A stretch of 57,000 nucleotides of DNA, counting the filler, from Bipalium vagum (lineage: Eukaryota), in the NCBI GenBank assembly GCA_037834085.1. It is 3 parts of 3 records of this genome, joined end to end, with 100 filler letters (N's around TTAATTAATTAA, not from the genome) between each part and the next. Parts side by side here need not be neighbours in the genome. Positions count along the whole stretch, not along the records: positions 34,633 to 57,000 come from JBBMKC010222457.1; 2 more parts are not named here. One strand, 5' to 3'. Of this stretch, positions 38,742 to 52,900 are shown in pieces. The translations under genes and the position numbers were made by a program. Within the stretch, counting starts at the first letter, position 1. Every line of letters starts with the position of its first letter. The notes under the pieces were generated by a model. That model was not told the origin of the DNA and searched no databases. It saw nothing but the letters and a program-made list of their open reading frames with translations.

Positions 38742-40559
38742 TTAAAGTCTCCGTAATAATTATTTATAATTTTAAATCTTAACAATTATATTTTTTATTT
38801 AATCGTATTTTGCGTATAACATTACCTAAGGCATGTTTGAATATCATTTTCTAAAAATTCAAAATATCTAAGAAATCGTTGTCCTTCACTAAAGTCTATT
38901 AGTGTCAAGAAATAATTTGTTTTAATAGCTAAAGGAAAGTAGATATAGCGTCAAGAGACTAATCCATAAACCAAATACCACCACCCAGTTACTATAATTA
39001 TTATCTATCGAGGTGAATTGAAGGGTGAAAAATTATTTCCCTTCATTACAGATTATTAAAATTGATTATCAATAGATATCCTGCGCCTTAGAAAAATTTT
39101 TTGATTAATTGTTATAAAGTTTTGTAAAGTTTGCAATATATTCTCGAGCCTTATTCAACAGATACATACGCCAGAAATTTTGAGTTGAGCTGGTAGACAA
39201 ATTCATATGTATTGTTGTAATGAGAGAAAAATATAAATTTTCAAAAATCGTGTTTTAATGATCAATTTTGCATAATTCTTGCAATTTCTCGTCACTTTTC
39301 TCTATTGCTGCCTTATGAGTATTTCGGTATTAATTTTATTTTTAATCGATCTTGACAGTGTATAAATTTTGTGATTTATCAATTTAATTTATTACAATAT
39401 TCAGTGCAAAATCAATTTAATTTACTAAAATTCTGAAAATTCTGAGATTGTCACTTAGACTTGATCTGAATTTTATTGTTAATTTTGGGATTTTTTTTCG
39501 AAGAGCTATTTTGAATATTATTTTATAATGTCACAATTAATAATAAATAAATTAATTGTAATTAATAAAATTATTTTTCTGTGATTTTTTAAACCGATAA
39601 TCGTTTTAATATTTTTTAAATTGTCATAACCATATTTAAATATTAAATAATAAATGATCAAAAATAATAAAAATAAATAATATTAAATCGTTTTAATTTA
39701 CACAGTTAATTTAGATATTGATATATCTAATAAATTAATCAAAAACTCATCAATAATTAAGATTGATAAATTTGGAAATGTTTTTAAAATTAATATTTAA
39801 ACAAAATAAAAATAATATAATTATTATATTCTCATTTATATTTATTCTTATAGTTTATTTTTCATTTGTCTATTCCAAGTAATTTACAAATATATTTATT
39901 TTATATCTTTATAACATCAAACGAAATATATCCTTCATTTATTGTTTTAATTGCAACATTAAAAAAGCTTAAATATGAAAAGCAAATTTATTCACTTGAG
40001 CCTGCTCACAGAGAAATCTTTGCAAATTATAAATTTGCTATTAAATCTCAAATAAATAAATTATTCAAATGAAAATCTATCCTGGCCATTCCTTGCTAAC
40101 TCATAATTATCTTAATTTTTAATAGCATAAATAATGATTTATGTGTTTAAATCTTTTTACAAATTTTAATAATTTACCTAAAAGATTTAATTGTTTTAAT
40201 AAAAATATTAGATAAATTGTTTTAATTGTTTTCATTTTATTTTTCTTTTTAAATAATTAGAATTTTAACATTTATTAATAATAATATAAAAAAATAATAA
40301 TTTAGAATTAAATTTTTATTTATAATAGAGTGCTTGAGATGAATCTGGAAATTTTGTTAGGGTATTTAAATAAAAATTGGTGTGCAGAAATATGAAAGTC
40401 TACATAATAAGATTATTTGATGCGATCAAAATTAGCTGCCATGACCGATTCTAGTCTAAACCGAAAATTGCTAATGGTCGCTTAAAATCTTCTCTATTCA
40501 AATGTATATTTACCTTATTGATAGTATTCTGTAATTGACTTGATAGTGTTGTGAGGTTT

Positions 40560-41019
40560 GGTCTTGACCTGTCCTTCAATTTCGTTCCGTTGATTGCTGT
40601 CAGGGTAATCATTTGATAATCAGTCATTTGGTAATCAATGATAGGTTAGATTTTCAGAAAAACATGACTAAGCGTTCTTTGGTTTATGAGCCAAAGAAGA
40701 ATCTTGTTTGAATATCTCTTTTCCGCTGACTATCTTTTCGATCTATGATGTCACAACTGTTTTCAGTATGTTGATAAATCTCTTTGCGTTGATCACAAGA
40801 TCTTGAAAGAGGTAGGTCTACAGTAACTAACTACTACAGTCCACACTGACTGCCACGTTCATTTCATTTGGTAATTCAGCTATATCTTTGAAACCATCAA
40901 CACCAACCTTCTTTGTAAATCGGATATGAAATTTAAATTTCTTCTTGAATCATAAAGTTTCATAAAAATACTGTTTATTAAAAAATTGAAAATATTTTAG
41001 AATTTTTTCGAGCATCCTG
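40560..41019 (-). mobile_element. DD37D (maT-like) remnant
   Basis: INAKRFINILKTVVTS*IEKIVSGKEIFKQDSSLAHKPK...SENL matches maT VNAxxYIxVLxTVVKPW...FQQDSAPAHKA; end (rc) TA-CAGGATGCTCGAAAAAATTC. Confidence 0.65.
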
Positions 41020-41021
41020 TA

Positions 41022-42110
41022 GGTCCTAGCCTAGTTGAAAAATTTCTAGCTTAGTGACTTACTGAAAGACTTTGGAAATACTTCTATACAGCTGCTATGA
41101 CCTCATAATTTGTTGATGAAGGAGTTTGTTGAGGTTAGGAAATAGATGGAAATCTGATGGACCAAATCTGGTGAATATGATGGATTTTATAATAACCTGT
41201 TCGTCAATTTTTCCATGGCAAAAACATCCTTGTGAACTGGCGCTTTATCCTGTCGAAATATATTTTTTTCTTTTCTAATTCGGGCCTTTTAAGATTAATC
41301 CATTTATTCATCTTTTCAAAAGATTTAAATAATACTTTTCAGACATAGTTTCACCGTTTTCATGATAATCAATTAATAAGATTCTTTTGCAACCCATTAA
41401 CATTTTTGTGACTAGCCTGGTTAATTTGGGTTGATTTGGAGCTGAATTACCAGATAAGTTCACTCTGTATTGATTTTTAGATTTTAGGTCGTAGTGATAT
41501 GTCTAAATTTCAACCATCGTTACAAAAATACGGGAAAAATAAATTATTTTTTAAAAACATAACAAAAGTTGGTGAAAAAGTTTTATTCGATTGAATTTTT
41601 TATCTTCAGTTCACAAATGCCACATTCACCTCAAACCTAATTCTTTCTCAATGTGTGAAGCATCAGTTCAAGATATGTCATGTCCATAGCAAAAGTACTT
41701 TCACACAAAGTCAATCGTTTGTCACCTATTACCACAACCTCGACATAATATATCGTAATTGATATTTTCTTCAGTCTTGAAATTTTTTTCACGACTAGTA
41801 TGTGGTTTATCCACAATATTTGTGCGACCTAGTGAATGCATTACAATTTTTTTAGTGACATAAAAAGGTTCATTATCCCCTATAAAATCTACCATGTCAT
41901 TGAAAATTTATTTACCAGTTAAGCCCTTTTTATACAAATATTCAATTACTACGCAATTTTTATAAGTTTTGGTTTGTTTCAAACATATCTGTTTCATATC
42001 TGTTTTCATAGATCGATAGAAAATTTGGTGTATAAAAATAAAAATAATGTATAAATTTACTGTAATTTTGCCATTGAAGTTGGGAGGTAAATAAATTTTA
42101 GACAATTATA
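41022..42110 (-). mobile_element. Decayed mariner (irritans/Himar-like)
   Basis: VIEYLYKKGLTGK*IFNDMV, FRQDKAPVHK and PYSPDLV/SDFHLFPNL. Confidence 0.8.
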
Positions 42111-42873
42111 TTTTCATGTCATTGTGATAAAATTATTGATGATTTTTAATTTTAAAATTGTTGTTATTAAAATAGCACAGATCATTGATCTCAGCAAAGC
42201 AATATCATACAAAATATTATATATATAAATATAAATTATAACGGGTTTCATTGGTTGTAATATCGGTACAAAATATCTTTTTATTCTTCATAAAACCACC
42301 TGTTTTGTTATCATAGGCACATTTCACAGGAAATTTGCTAAACAGTAAAAGGGTACTCAAAAACCAATCTGAAAATTTTTTTCTTAAAATTACATTTTCC
42401 GATTTTTTTGCTCATTTCAACCTCCATGAATTCAAGCCCCCTTCTACTGAGTGGCAAGCAAATAACTTTTACTGATTTTATATTGCTCTCCAGTCCATTT
42501 TAAAGGGTTTTATTGTTTTTTGCTTTACAATTTTAATTCACCTAACACAATGGATTGTAATCAATGAACACATAAAACAACAATAATTAAGCTCTTTTAT
42601 TCAATGGCCGTTTTCAGTAGTGATCCGTTTTATTTGTACGTGGTCAATGATAGTTGAATTCTCGTTTCATTTGAGTCGTGAAATGTGAGATCATTCATAA
42701 AACATTTAATGATGACGTCAATCTTTTAATCTTTTCATATAGAAGAAAAAAAGAGACAGACCTTTTGGTGATTTGATTTATAACAGCGAGAGATTAAGAA
42801 AGCGTTTCATTTCATTGTCTGAAGTCCATTCCATGTGTTTATCAGAAAAAGATTAATTTCATAACTATTTCAG

Positions 42874-43115
42874 ATCCACAACCGATTAGAATATTTGACC
42901 ATTCTAATCAATTGTTTGCTCAATGTCAAAGATATCCACAAAACCCTGCTGATATTCAGCCACGATATGTATTTTCCCGAATTCAACAATTTGATTAGGT
43001 CGATTAGATTTGCTCCAGCTGTACAGATCTTTTTCCCTTTCAATCAACAAGTTTTCAAATCGGAATTTCCCGGCCAAAACTCGAAAGATTGCAATGTCAG
43101 CTTAAAGAAGAAGAG
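42874..43115 (+). CDS. Probable further exon of the PKD1L-like gene
   Basis: tttcAG acceptor in phase 0 (matches the 37997 donor); 80 open codons IHNRLEYLTILINCLL...KDCNVSLKKK; donor AG|GTTGGT. Confidence 0.5.
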
Positions 43116-43360
43116 GTTGGTTGTCATTATTGATTTTGTGTCACAAAATTCTGTTATTAAATTATTTATTTTAAATAAGTAAATAAATATAAAGTTATAC
43201 AAAAATATTTTTTATCGATTTAAAAAGTTTATTTTTTGACCGTTAATTGTTTGGAAAACAGAACAATTAACTTTTCGACAGATCTTTCAATCAAAGACTG
43301 TGTTCTGATTGACGGTATCTTGCTTAATGTCAAAGTTTACTATTGAAACGGGGCTGTGAA

Positions 43361-43532
43361 AATGAAACTTGAAAATTGGCGATTTTATCATTATCGAATT
43401 TTATTATGAGATTTAGCTTAAGTCCTCTGATCCCCAGAAATTAATGAGTATTATATTTCATAAGGATTCAGATAGATTTTAATGTACCATAATCTCAGTT
43501 TAACAAGAAAATATTTGAAATGGGTGTCACCT
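43361..43532 (+). repeat. ~172-bp dispersed repeat, copy 1
   Basis: Colinear similarity to 56742-56914 (AATGAAACTT...CTCTGATCCCCA...TATTATATTTCATAAGGATTC...TACCATAATCTCAGTT...GTCACCT). Confidence 0.9.
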
Positions 43533-44419
43533 CATTATTATTATTATTAAGGCCCATTATTTCACTTTATTGACTATGAAGAAGGAAATATAGCATCACC
43601 TTTTGAAATGAAGGAAATGCAATTTTTATTACCAATTCTTAAAACAAAAAAAGGACTGAACGAAAGACCAACATTTTCGTTTTCCAATTATGGATAATCG
43701 ATTCCTATGTCAAAATTGATACGTTTTTATATATAGCTGTACATATTTGTTAGGGATTCAGAAGATTTATATAGAATTAGTTTGATTATTTTTCAAAGAA
43801 AAACTTCAAAAGACAACAATTTTTCTGAAAGTTTTATGTATTTATTATATTTACAAAAGATTTAGTTTTAACTAATTAAATCAATATTAAATGTTTTCTT
43901 AATTAATAAAATTTTTGCGATTTTTTCTAAAATGTTTTTTTTGTTTTTTCCAGTTTTTGAATTATTTTTTTGCTTTTCTAAGTGGAATTTTAGTATTAAA
44001 ATTCTCAAATTCCTTAGAATCACTGAAAAACAAAAAATAAATAATATGATAAATATTTAAATAAAATATAAGTATACTAAAAAATATCAAAGAATGCTAA
44101 TCATAATTTTCGACGGCTTAATTTTGAAGTAATCATAGTGTATTAAAGTTCTTTTTGTAAAAGAATAGTAAAATACTTTTATTAATTGTGAATTATCTTC
44201 GAGACTGGTGTCTTTTTTTTGTTACTTTTTGAACCAAATTGAGATTGCTATAGGGAACGACACCTACTTTACAAATAGCCTCTGTGTTAGAAGCAATAGT
44301 AAATATTCCTTTCCAGTAATGACGGATCAAAATTCTAATAGCATTTTAAAGTATTTATTTTACTATAATTATAAATTCAAATAAATACATCGATACATTT
44401 AAACAAAACTTACAAATAT

Positions 44420-44535
44420 AATTTGTCGGGAAAATATCAATGATATCAATTTTTAAGAATTGTTATTAAAAATATTTATCTTGATAAAACAAAATTAAGC
44501 TATTAAAATCACGGATACTTTTTGATACAACTCAA
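44420..44535 (+). mobile_element. Mariner terminus, same TIR family as 8460
   Basis: (rc) TA-TTGAGTTGTATCAAAAAGTATCCGTGA versus TTGGGTTGTATCAAAAGCTTCCGTGA. Confidence 0.6.
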
Positions 44536-47167
44536 TATTAATTAATTGGAAGTTACATTTTTACAGAATTAACAATAAGTATAATTCTTTTCAAGTAGTT
44601 TTTTATAGAATTTATTATATTATGAAAGAAGAACCGAATTTCGAGGCAAAGATAGATTTTTTGTTCTGTACTTCTGTATTTTGTTAATTGAACTTTTCCC
44701 ATTTTCAACCTTTCATTTGCGAATTAAATTAAAAAAATAATTTATCGATATACACCACGACAGTGTACACATGATATTATTAAATAATATAATTATTTTT
44801 CGAGTTTAGAAAAAAGATTTATTTATCCTGAAATTAAATTATCTTTTTATGTGAATTATCCCACTGGTGGATTGAAGGTTATTGAGAAAAAAATAATTAG
44901 ATCTCTGCAATCTCCAGAGATTATTTGTGAAGGAGATATGTGAAAAATTAAAATTAAAAATTAGTTAATAAACTAAAGTGAAAATATAATGTTCTGATGA
45001 ATAAGGAGAATAATGATTATATTATGGAAAATGTGGGGTTGTTTTAATTAAAATTTTAGTAATTTAGATCAATGAAATATTTTTAAAAATTTTTCTATTG
45101 GTCTATTATTAAAAAAATGTTTTTTTAATAATTCGTCAATAAATTTTTGACAAAACTTTTAATTGAAAATCTTGAGATAATAATTTTGGACTTAAATTAC
45201 ATTTAGTAAGAAAAGCTTTTCCTTACAAGCCGTAAATGATGAGAAATTCTTTTTTATCTGTCATTATTTAATTTAAGTTGCCCCAATCCATTTAAACAAA
45301 ATAGTGTTATATATGTAAATTTTATATTATATTTAACATATTTAATGCATTGAAAAATATGTTGTCAGTAGCAATGGAAACTTATTAAATTCGAAAGCTT
45401 TGAATAAATTAAGGATAAGCAAACAAAAATTCAGAATAATTTTGTCATTTATTTCGATAAAATATTATAATGAGTTTTAATTATTAATTAGTTTAACTTT
45501 TTATTTTTTATTTAAAAGTTATTTTTATATTTTATTTTAATAATAAATTTCAAATATAAAATCGTTTAGTGAGTAAAAATAAGAAAATTATTTTTAAATA
45601 GTTTAAAACAACATTTATAAAATTGTGGGAAATATATTTATTAGAAATTATTATTATTTATTATTAAAAATTAATTTTTAAAATAAAATAAAAATTCATA
45701 GAATTTAACAAAGGAACATTTTAGCTCAAACTGTAATTTTTTTATTGTTGAATATCGATTAAAAAATTATTTCAATAATTTTTCCAAATTAAATTAATTA
45801 ATGGTTGTAATTTTTCTTAATTATAATTAGCATAATAATAAATTAGTATATAAATAATATTATTATTTTAAATTGAATTAGTATATAAAATGACAAGGTA
45901 GAATTAAGTATTTTTTTGGTGTATTTTTATAATGTAAAAAAGCTGATTAGGAGATATCAGATGACATTACAAAATATCCAAAACATAAAACGTGATTAAT
46001 GATAATATAATAATATTAATAATATTAATCTATTGTATCAGACAATAGCTATTTGCTTGTACAAATGCAGTCGTTGTTGATATTAAATCATTTGCTTTGG
46101 TTGTAACAGGCGCGGTGGTTGGTAGGTGAACCGAATTTTGATCTAGCATTTAATATCAACTGACTGAAATGAAAGTCCCATTATCCGCCAAATCATAATA
46201 TTTGACGACTGCTTCGTATATCAGAAGTTTTGGGACTTGGCACAATTTCTGGTGAAAATAATAATTTTCTGCCAATTATCACAAATATGAGACCGACACG
46301 ACTTAATTCACCAAAGATGGGCATTGTTTCTCATATGGTAGTATAATCCAAAAATGTTTTTTTTAGAATTTTCCAACGATTGTCAAACTCATCAAGCTAA
46401 AAATCGTCATTTATTTCTCCGACAACTGAAGAAAAAATTCCAATTAAAAACTATTTATTTCACTGTGAAAAATGAAAAATATCAGAATGATCTAATTGAT
46501 TAAAACAAAAAATTAAAGATAAATAGTAATATTAATGTCACTTTTAGAGTCGTAGTGATTTCTTGATCTTATCAAGTTAAAAGCTCCAACGCAAATGTAG
46601 AATAATTAACATTAATCCCTCTCTAATCGTTTTTGTAATTATGGTATTTATGTTTGGATTAGTAATGAACATTTCTTTTGCCCAATATTTTTGAAATATT
46701 TAACTCTTTTTATTTCCAACATGATATGAGCAGTTATAAATGAATTTTTTGTTTAAATCATTTTAAATCATTATTTTCATTATTATAAATTATTTATCAC
46801 CATCTCGGAAAAATTAGTAATAAATGAGAAAGAAAAAAATAAAACTCCAAAAAATCTGGGTTTTTTTTCATTATGATATGTAGGTCTATTTTTAAACAGG
46901 CAAGTCATTACAAAGATAGAATTGAAAAACGAAAACGAACGTAATAATATTGAAATAATATTAATACATTATTATCATTTTAAGTAATGTAACAAAATAT
47001 GTACAAATATCAATTAGTCTGGAATATTTTCTGGTTTCTATTTATTGGTATGATAATTCCGATTTCATAAAAGTTTTAATAAATCCAAAAATGAAAATTA
47101 ATTTTATTATTATTATTATTATTTTATAGAATGTCTTTTATTTCAACACTTTATAAGTTTAAATTTA

Positions 47168-47811
47168 CGTGGTGCACCTAATAAGTAGTAAGACTCATCT
47201 ATTAATAGAATGGAGTAAAGGGAAAATCTGTAATTATGCATACGAATACATATTCTATTAATATACTTCATATTTTATTGAATAAACTTGTGATTATTGA
47301 TTGATCAATAAAATAATTTTTTTCAATGATTAAAAATTCGTACATTTCTTTAGAAAAACTACAATACTTTACCGTGATTAAGTTTTTATTTTTTAAAAGG
47401 CAAGAACAGGAAATAAAATGGTTTGGACTAAAACTGCTGTGTATCTGTGCCTATCAGATGCATCAATTTATCGATGGTAAAACATCATTGATGAAAATAA
47501 ATCAGGAAGGCATTTTGAAATCGATTCGAAAATAAATGAAGACCAGGATTTTTTCCGATTTCATTGAAAGTGGGGATAAAATTAATAGCAGAGAATACTT
47601 TAAAATTGTACAAAACTCTAGAAAGCTCTATAAACCTCAAAAACTCTTAATCTGATTACACAGAATTGGCTGCTCGCTGGCGGAAATGTGTTGCTGATTA
47701 TATTAACTATATAGAAAAACAAAACCTGTGTAATTTGCTTGTCATACTGCATAAATATTATAATATTTATATATATCTATGCAAGTCTCACTACTTATAG
47801 GACGCACTTCG
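47168..47811 (+). mobile_element. Internally deleted mariner (irritans-like) non-autonomous element
   Basis: TA-flanked TIRs CGTGGTGCACCTAATAAGTAGTAAGACT / (rc) CGAAGTGCGTCCTATAAGTAGTGAGACT; YFTVIKFLFFK N-terminus and ELAARWRKCV...YIEK C-terminus. Confidence 0.8.
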
Positions 47812-49190
47812 TATATCCGCAACAGCAAAAATAATTAATTTAATTCCTAGCTCCGGTTCTTACATATTTTATTGTAATTGTAACAATAGAATTATGAATA
47901 CTTAAGCAAAAAATATTATTGAATTTTATAAAAAATATTTAAATTAGCAAACTTTTCAAAAGTCAGAGACACAATACAAAGGAGGATTATAAATAATAGA
48001 ATAAATAGTTTTTTTTGACAACGCATATAATAGCTAAGAAATATGAAAAAGGGAATCTGAGATTTAAGTAATGTTTTAATTATTATATTGTTTTAACAAT
48101 CTTATTAATTTTAATGGATTTAGAATATTGTTTAAATTAATTAAAACATTAAATGATCACAACGGGTATTTAGGCAATTTTCAATTATTCAAAAGTACGA
48201 AATTAATGTTTATTAATATCCCTTTGTTATGCAGTGTTATTTTGTAAATAATAAAAATAATTGTTTGCAGATTGATTTGTTTTATATTTTGTTCAAAGGA
48301 GGAAAATATCCATAATGACTTTTTCAAGATTGAATAATTGCACATGTTTTTCATCTATAAGTAAAGAATATTTCAATAAAAAATCGATAGATAGATAAAA
48401 TAATTCTTCATTTCTAAACTGTAAATATTTATAGAATTTTAATGAATAAATTAAATTAAAAATTTCTCTCAATCAATATTTATTTTTTGTATGCAGCATT
48501 AGCAGATAAATATCATCATATCTTATTGTGATTTGTTTAAATTTTGTGATAATTAATTTTTAATAAAAATTTTTAATCGATATTAAATATGTTTTTAATG
48601 GATTTTTTAAGAATATAATTTCTTTATTAAAAATTAATTAATTAATTAATTAAATTAACAAATTTGGGTATTCCAGATAGTCTTTTAGCTGTTTCCGTAT
48701 TACAAAAATTTAATTAAATGTCATCAAATAATTATAAAAATATTAATAATAAATAATTATTGAATTTTTTTATTTAAAATATTCACAAAATTTAATGAAA
48801 ATTATTTTTCTGATTTATTCAATTTTTAAAATTTTGTTTAAATGAGTATTTAGAAAAATAAAATTTGTTTTGTGGTTTAAGCTGTAATAACTGTAGATAT
48901 TCAAATGTAAAAGAATTATAAAACTAAATATGATAAAGAAACTTTAGTATGAACAATTTATGGGAACAATCAAATGATTAGAAAGCTTAAAATATGTTTT
49001 TTAAGGCGTTAGATTTATACGAGAAATAATTTCTCGTAACCTGGTAAACTTAATCAGTATCGATTCTGTTCAACAAGTTCAAGCATTAACAATTTATAAT
49101 GTTCTGCATTGAATTCTAGAACATTATCTACATTATGCTGCAAAAGTCACACTATCACTTGTTTTCTTAATAACTTTTGAAGTATATGTA

Positions 49191-49908
49191 TATAGGATAA
49201 ATGGAAAACCAAAAATATTGCCCTATTCATTGATTTATTTTTAGTTAAACTTTTTTAAAAAAATATCAATGTCGTGTTCAATAATTTATTTAAATATTTT
49301 TGTTTTATTGGTTTTCCTCTATTGATTATTAGTTTTAAATTGTTTATTTTTTTCCTATTATAGAAAAAATTTTCTAAACCATGAATTATGATACCATTAC
49401 ACAGAGTTAAGATTGTCTCTATTTTTTGAAAATAATTGCTCCATTAGAAAAAAATAAGGGCTTACAAGCTTTGCTGTGGTGTTAAAATCTGTTCTTGAAA
49501 GACAATTTATGCATTAATTACCAGATTTGAGAAATATGAGCCAGTAGCTGATATTTCTTGTACTGGAAGACCTCGAAATGAGCCATGTACAATAACAATT
49601 GGGCCAATCCATAAAGCGATGTCCGAAAATGCAGAAACATCCACCTGAAGACGTTCAGCTCAATTCAGAGTTTCAGGTCACAGACTTCGCGGAATTCTGA
49701 AGGAACAATTATTAATTACATTTTTTACAAAATTCAATTGATACAACAATTGTATCCCGGAAACAATGTGTTACGATTAGAATATAGTAGTAAAGCAATT
49801 TTGACCGAAATGGAAGAAGATGAACATTGCTTAACCAATTTGTTGATGAGTGATGAAGCTCACTTCCATTTGAGCGGAATTGTCAAGAATGAAAGTTGCA
49901 AATTTGTA
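49191..49908 (+). mobile_element. DD41D-like element 5' half
   Basis: TRFEK...TGRPR, KIQLIQQL and NLLMSDEAHFHLSGIVKNESCKF; homology stops at ~49908. Confidence 0.8.
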
Positions 49909-50464
49909 AATACAATTCAATTATTCAGGCACTCAGAACGGAAGAGACGAAATATACTTTTAAAATTCTCGAAAATATCGAAATCGATTCTGTCCTCAAT
50001 TACGTTTTCTTTAGTGATTAGGTCGATTCTTATGTGTTTAAAAAGATTAGTAGGCTTATTGCAAGAATTTTTGGAAGTAACAGACATTGTTTAGCAAAAA
50101 CTATGACCATGAAAGTACAAAGGTCGTATGGGCTGGATTTTAGTCAGTTAAACAGATGTTTTGAATTGTTCTTTTCTCAAAAGACTGTAGATTGTAGACA
50201 GTAGAGAGTGTAACTTGACTGGATATATTTTGGACACTGTTCGAATAGAGAGAAAATATTGATAACTTTTATTTATGATTTCTTTATTTTTTTAAAGATT
50301 GATTATACCAAATTTAATAATCAATTCACCGAAGATATTTAATTATTAATTAATTATTATTAATTTTACTATTTATTATAATTATTTTGTATTTTAACAC
50401 AATGCTGAACATTTTTTCGAAATTAATAATAATAATATTATTATTTTTATCAAAATTATCCTAG

Positions 50465-50564
50465 TCCTCAACTGAACAATTGCTTTAATTCCAACTGGAG
50501 TGACACTTATGGAAACTTCCGAAACTATAAATATACTCAAACTAAACATCACTGGATTTGGAAA
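50465..50564 (+). CDS. Candidate exon (phase-2 entry compatible with the 43115 donor)
   Basis: cctAG acceptor; PQLNNCFNSNWSDTYGNFRNYKYTQTKHHWIWK; GTAAGA donor. Confidence 0.3.
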
Positions 50565-51019
50565 GTAAGACTTTCTTGTTTTAATATATTTTTTAAAATT
50601 AAAGATTATTCCCAATTAATTTTTTAAACGGAATAATGAGAAAAAAAACGAAAAAAAAATTTTAAATCTCATTTAGAACAAGTAAAAATTTCCACAGTAA
50701 AATTTGTCAATTAAATGTGTCAGTCATTGGATGAGATGGGGAGTTCAGGACCGAAATGGTTTTTAGAAATGTCAAAAAATCTTTTTTATAACATATTTTA
50801 AATTGGTTGAGGAATAATGAAATATATTTCATTAATGATGCACGTGAAATACTTTTTTTACGGTTTCAAGTTCGCCTAACTCAGCGGGAGATACGTTTCG
50901 TTGTACGATTTTAATATATGTATCTCTGATGTACCTATAACCCAATTATCCAAAGAAAATCCGATCCTGTCTGTGACTGTCTGTCCTAAAGACTTCAGCG
51001 GTACCTATAACCGATACCA

Positions 51020-52900
51020 AAATGTCTAGCGCCATTTGACAAATGTTCTCTTGTCAACTATCAACTTAAAGAAAGTCATATTAGACATTTCATGGAGGTC
51101 TCAATGTCATTTTGGCCGTGACGTAATTTCAGCCAAAATTGTTGAATGTTTGGAAAATTTTTGAAAGACACAACTGCCAATAATGGTATAATGAATTTAT
51201 TAGGTGAAATTTTCACCTGGATAAAACGTTCCGGAGAAAAGATAATTTTTTCTGAAGATGAGAATGGTTGAAAAAAAACTAGAAAGTATTTTCAGAAGGG
51301 AATAATGATTGTTGGACAATAAGGATAATTGACTTTTAACAGTAGACAAAATGGACCATTTTCTTTTCAACAACAACGTCAAAAAACGTATTTGATACCA
51401 TTTTGTGATAAAAAAAACATGATCCGACAAATGTTTAGATTGGTGTCTTCTAAACATAGTTGTTCTGTGGAGATCCAGAATGGAAAAGATTCTATAGGGT
51501 AGCGCAAAAGTAACTTATTGATTTTAAAGATTCATTAAAAAAATCAATTTTAAATTGATTTCTTTTTAAATTGTTGACATAAAAATGGAATCCAGGAAAT
51601 TAATGTCAAACAGATATCCGATTTGTCAGAGAACAAAAATAGTAGAAATATATTTTCAAAATAAAAACTCTTATGTGAGATCTTTGGTAAACGGATATTT
51701 TTAAGAAACTCAACATTCAATTGGTCTTCTTACTCACCAGATTTATCAGATCCAGATTTGGGGATATCTGAAGGAGAAAGTTTATGATAATAATAATCCA
51801 CAGTCCATCCAATAATTAAAAAACAATGTTCGTAATGAAATAAATCCGAAAGTTTTAGGTAATCTCACGGAGAATTCTGTAAAAAGAGCACAACTTTGTG
51901 AGGCACAAAAATAGTTGTCATTTAAGTGAAAAAAATTTCAAAAAATAGCTTTAAAAATCTCTAAGACTTTTTGTTTATGTATTCTATTCCGAATAATAAT
52001 TGTCTTGAACATTCGTGTTATATCATTGTTTGAAATCAGTAAGTTACTTTTGTCCATCCTTTAGAACTAAAAAACTGAAAAAATTGGTTTGTGTTTGCAC
52101 TTAGCCGAATATTCGAGACATGGAAAACGTAAATCTCACATGATGAAAAAGTGATAAGAAATTGATAATAAAGTGTTATTTTGGAAAATCTTAGGAAATT
52201 TGGAAGATAGAGGCCATGAATGAGATTTGGAATTCCAGTCAATTTCTGAGTTCATTTTAGCCTCAGTATGGAACGACCAAAAATTGAAAAAGAAGTCATT
52301 GTGATACAGAAATATAATAGATTTTGTTCAAATCTAAAGAGATAAGAACAAACGAATGCCTTACCTGAACATTGTTGATTTAACAAAGCCTTCGTTATTT
52401 CAATGATTGTTCAATGAAAAATGAAACGACATTAATTGTCCATTTCCGATTCTGATAGTCCTGCAACATTACAAACTTTGTTTCCTTTCAACAACCCATA
52501 ATAGATTTCTAAGCAACTGCTTAATTATCTTTCGTAATTCTTTTACTGAAGTAATTAGCCCTTCGTATGTACTGCTTCGGTCTGTGTCGCTTATTTACTC
52601 TGTCTCAATATATTCATACAATTCTCATACAACGAAGAGTTAATAAAATCATTGGGAAACGTTTTCATCGAAAACTTTGATGGAGGCAGACCTCTCTATC
52701 AGGGAAAAATTATATCTGTTAACGTTTTTAATGAATTTGTGGTTTTGAAAGTCATTTATTTTTTGTTCATTATTGAAAAGATTATTTGCATTGACAAGCT
52801 CTCATACACGGGGTCGCCAGGACTTCGTCTAAGTTTATCACATGTAAAATCTTACTTTATTTGTCCTACCAACCTTTTTCCTATCAGAATTATTTATTTT
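51020..52900 (+). mobile_element. Possible decayed Ty3/Gypsy gag-pro remnant interrupted by a DD41D element
   Basis: Frameshifted gag-like LKDTTA/WYNE/GEIFTW (51161-51220), knuckle-like FCDKK/HDP/DKC (~51400-51440) and protease-like IEAM../G..VNF (~52205-52250). Confidence 0.4.
51495..52061 (+). mobile_element. Internally deleted DD41D-like element
   Basis: TA-flanked TIRs sharing CAAAAGTAACTTA(T/C)TGATTT; MSNRYPICQRTKIVEIYFQN fused to FNWSSYSPDLSDPD/WGYLKEKVY. Confidence 0.85.

Noticed and set aside
38530-38785. ORFs spanning N runs
   Set aside because: Artefacts of the gap.
46030-46400. Less AT-rich block with short open frames on both strands
   Set aside because: Could not assign a consistent strand, splice phase or motif.
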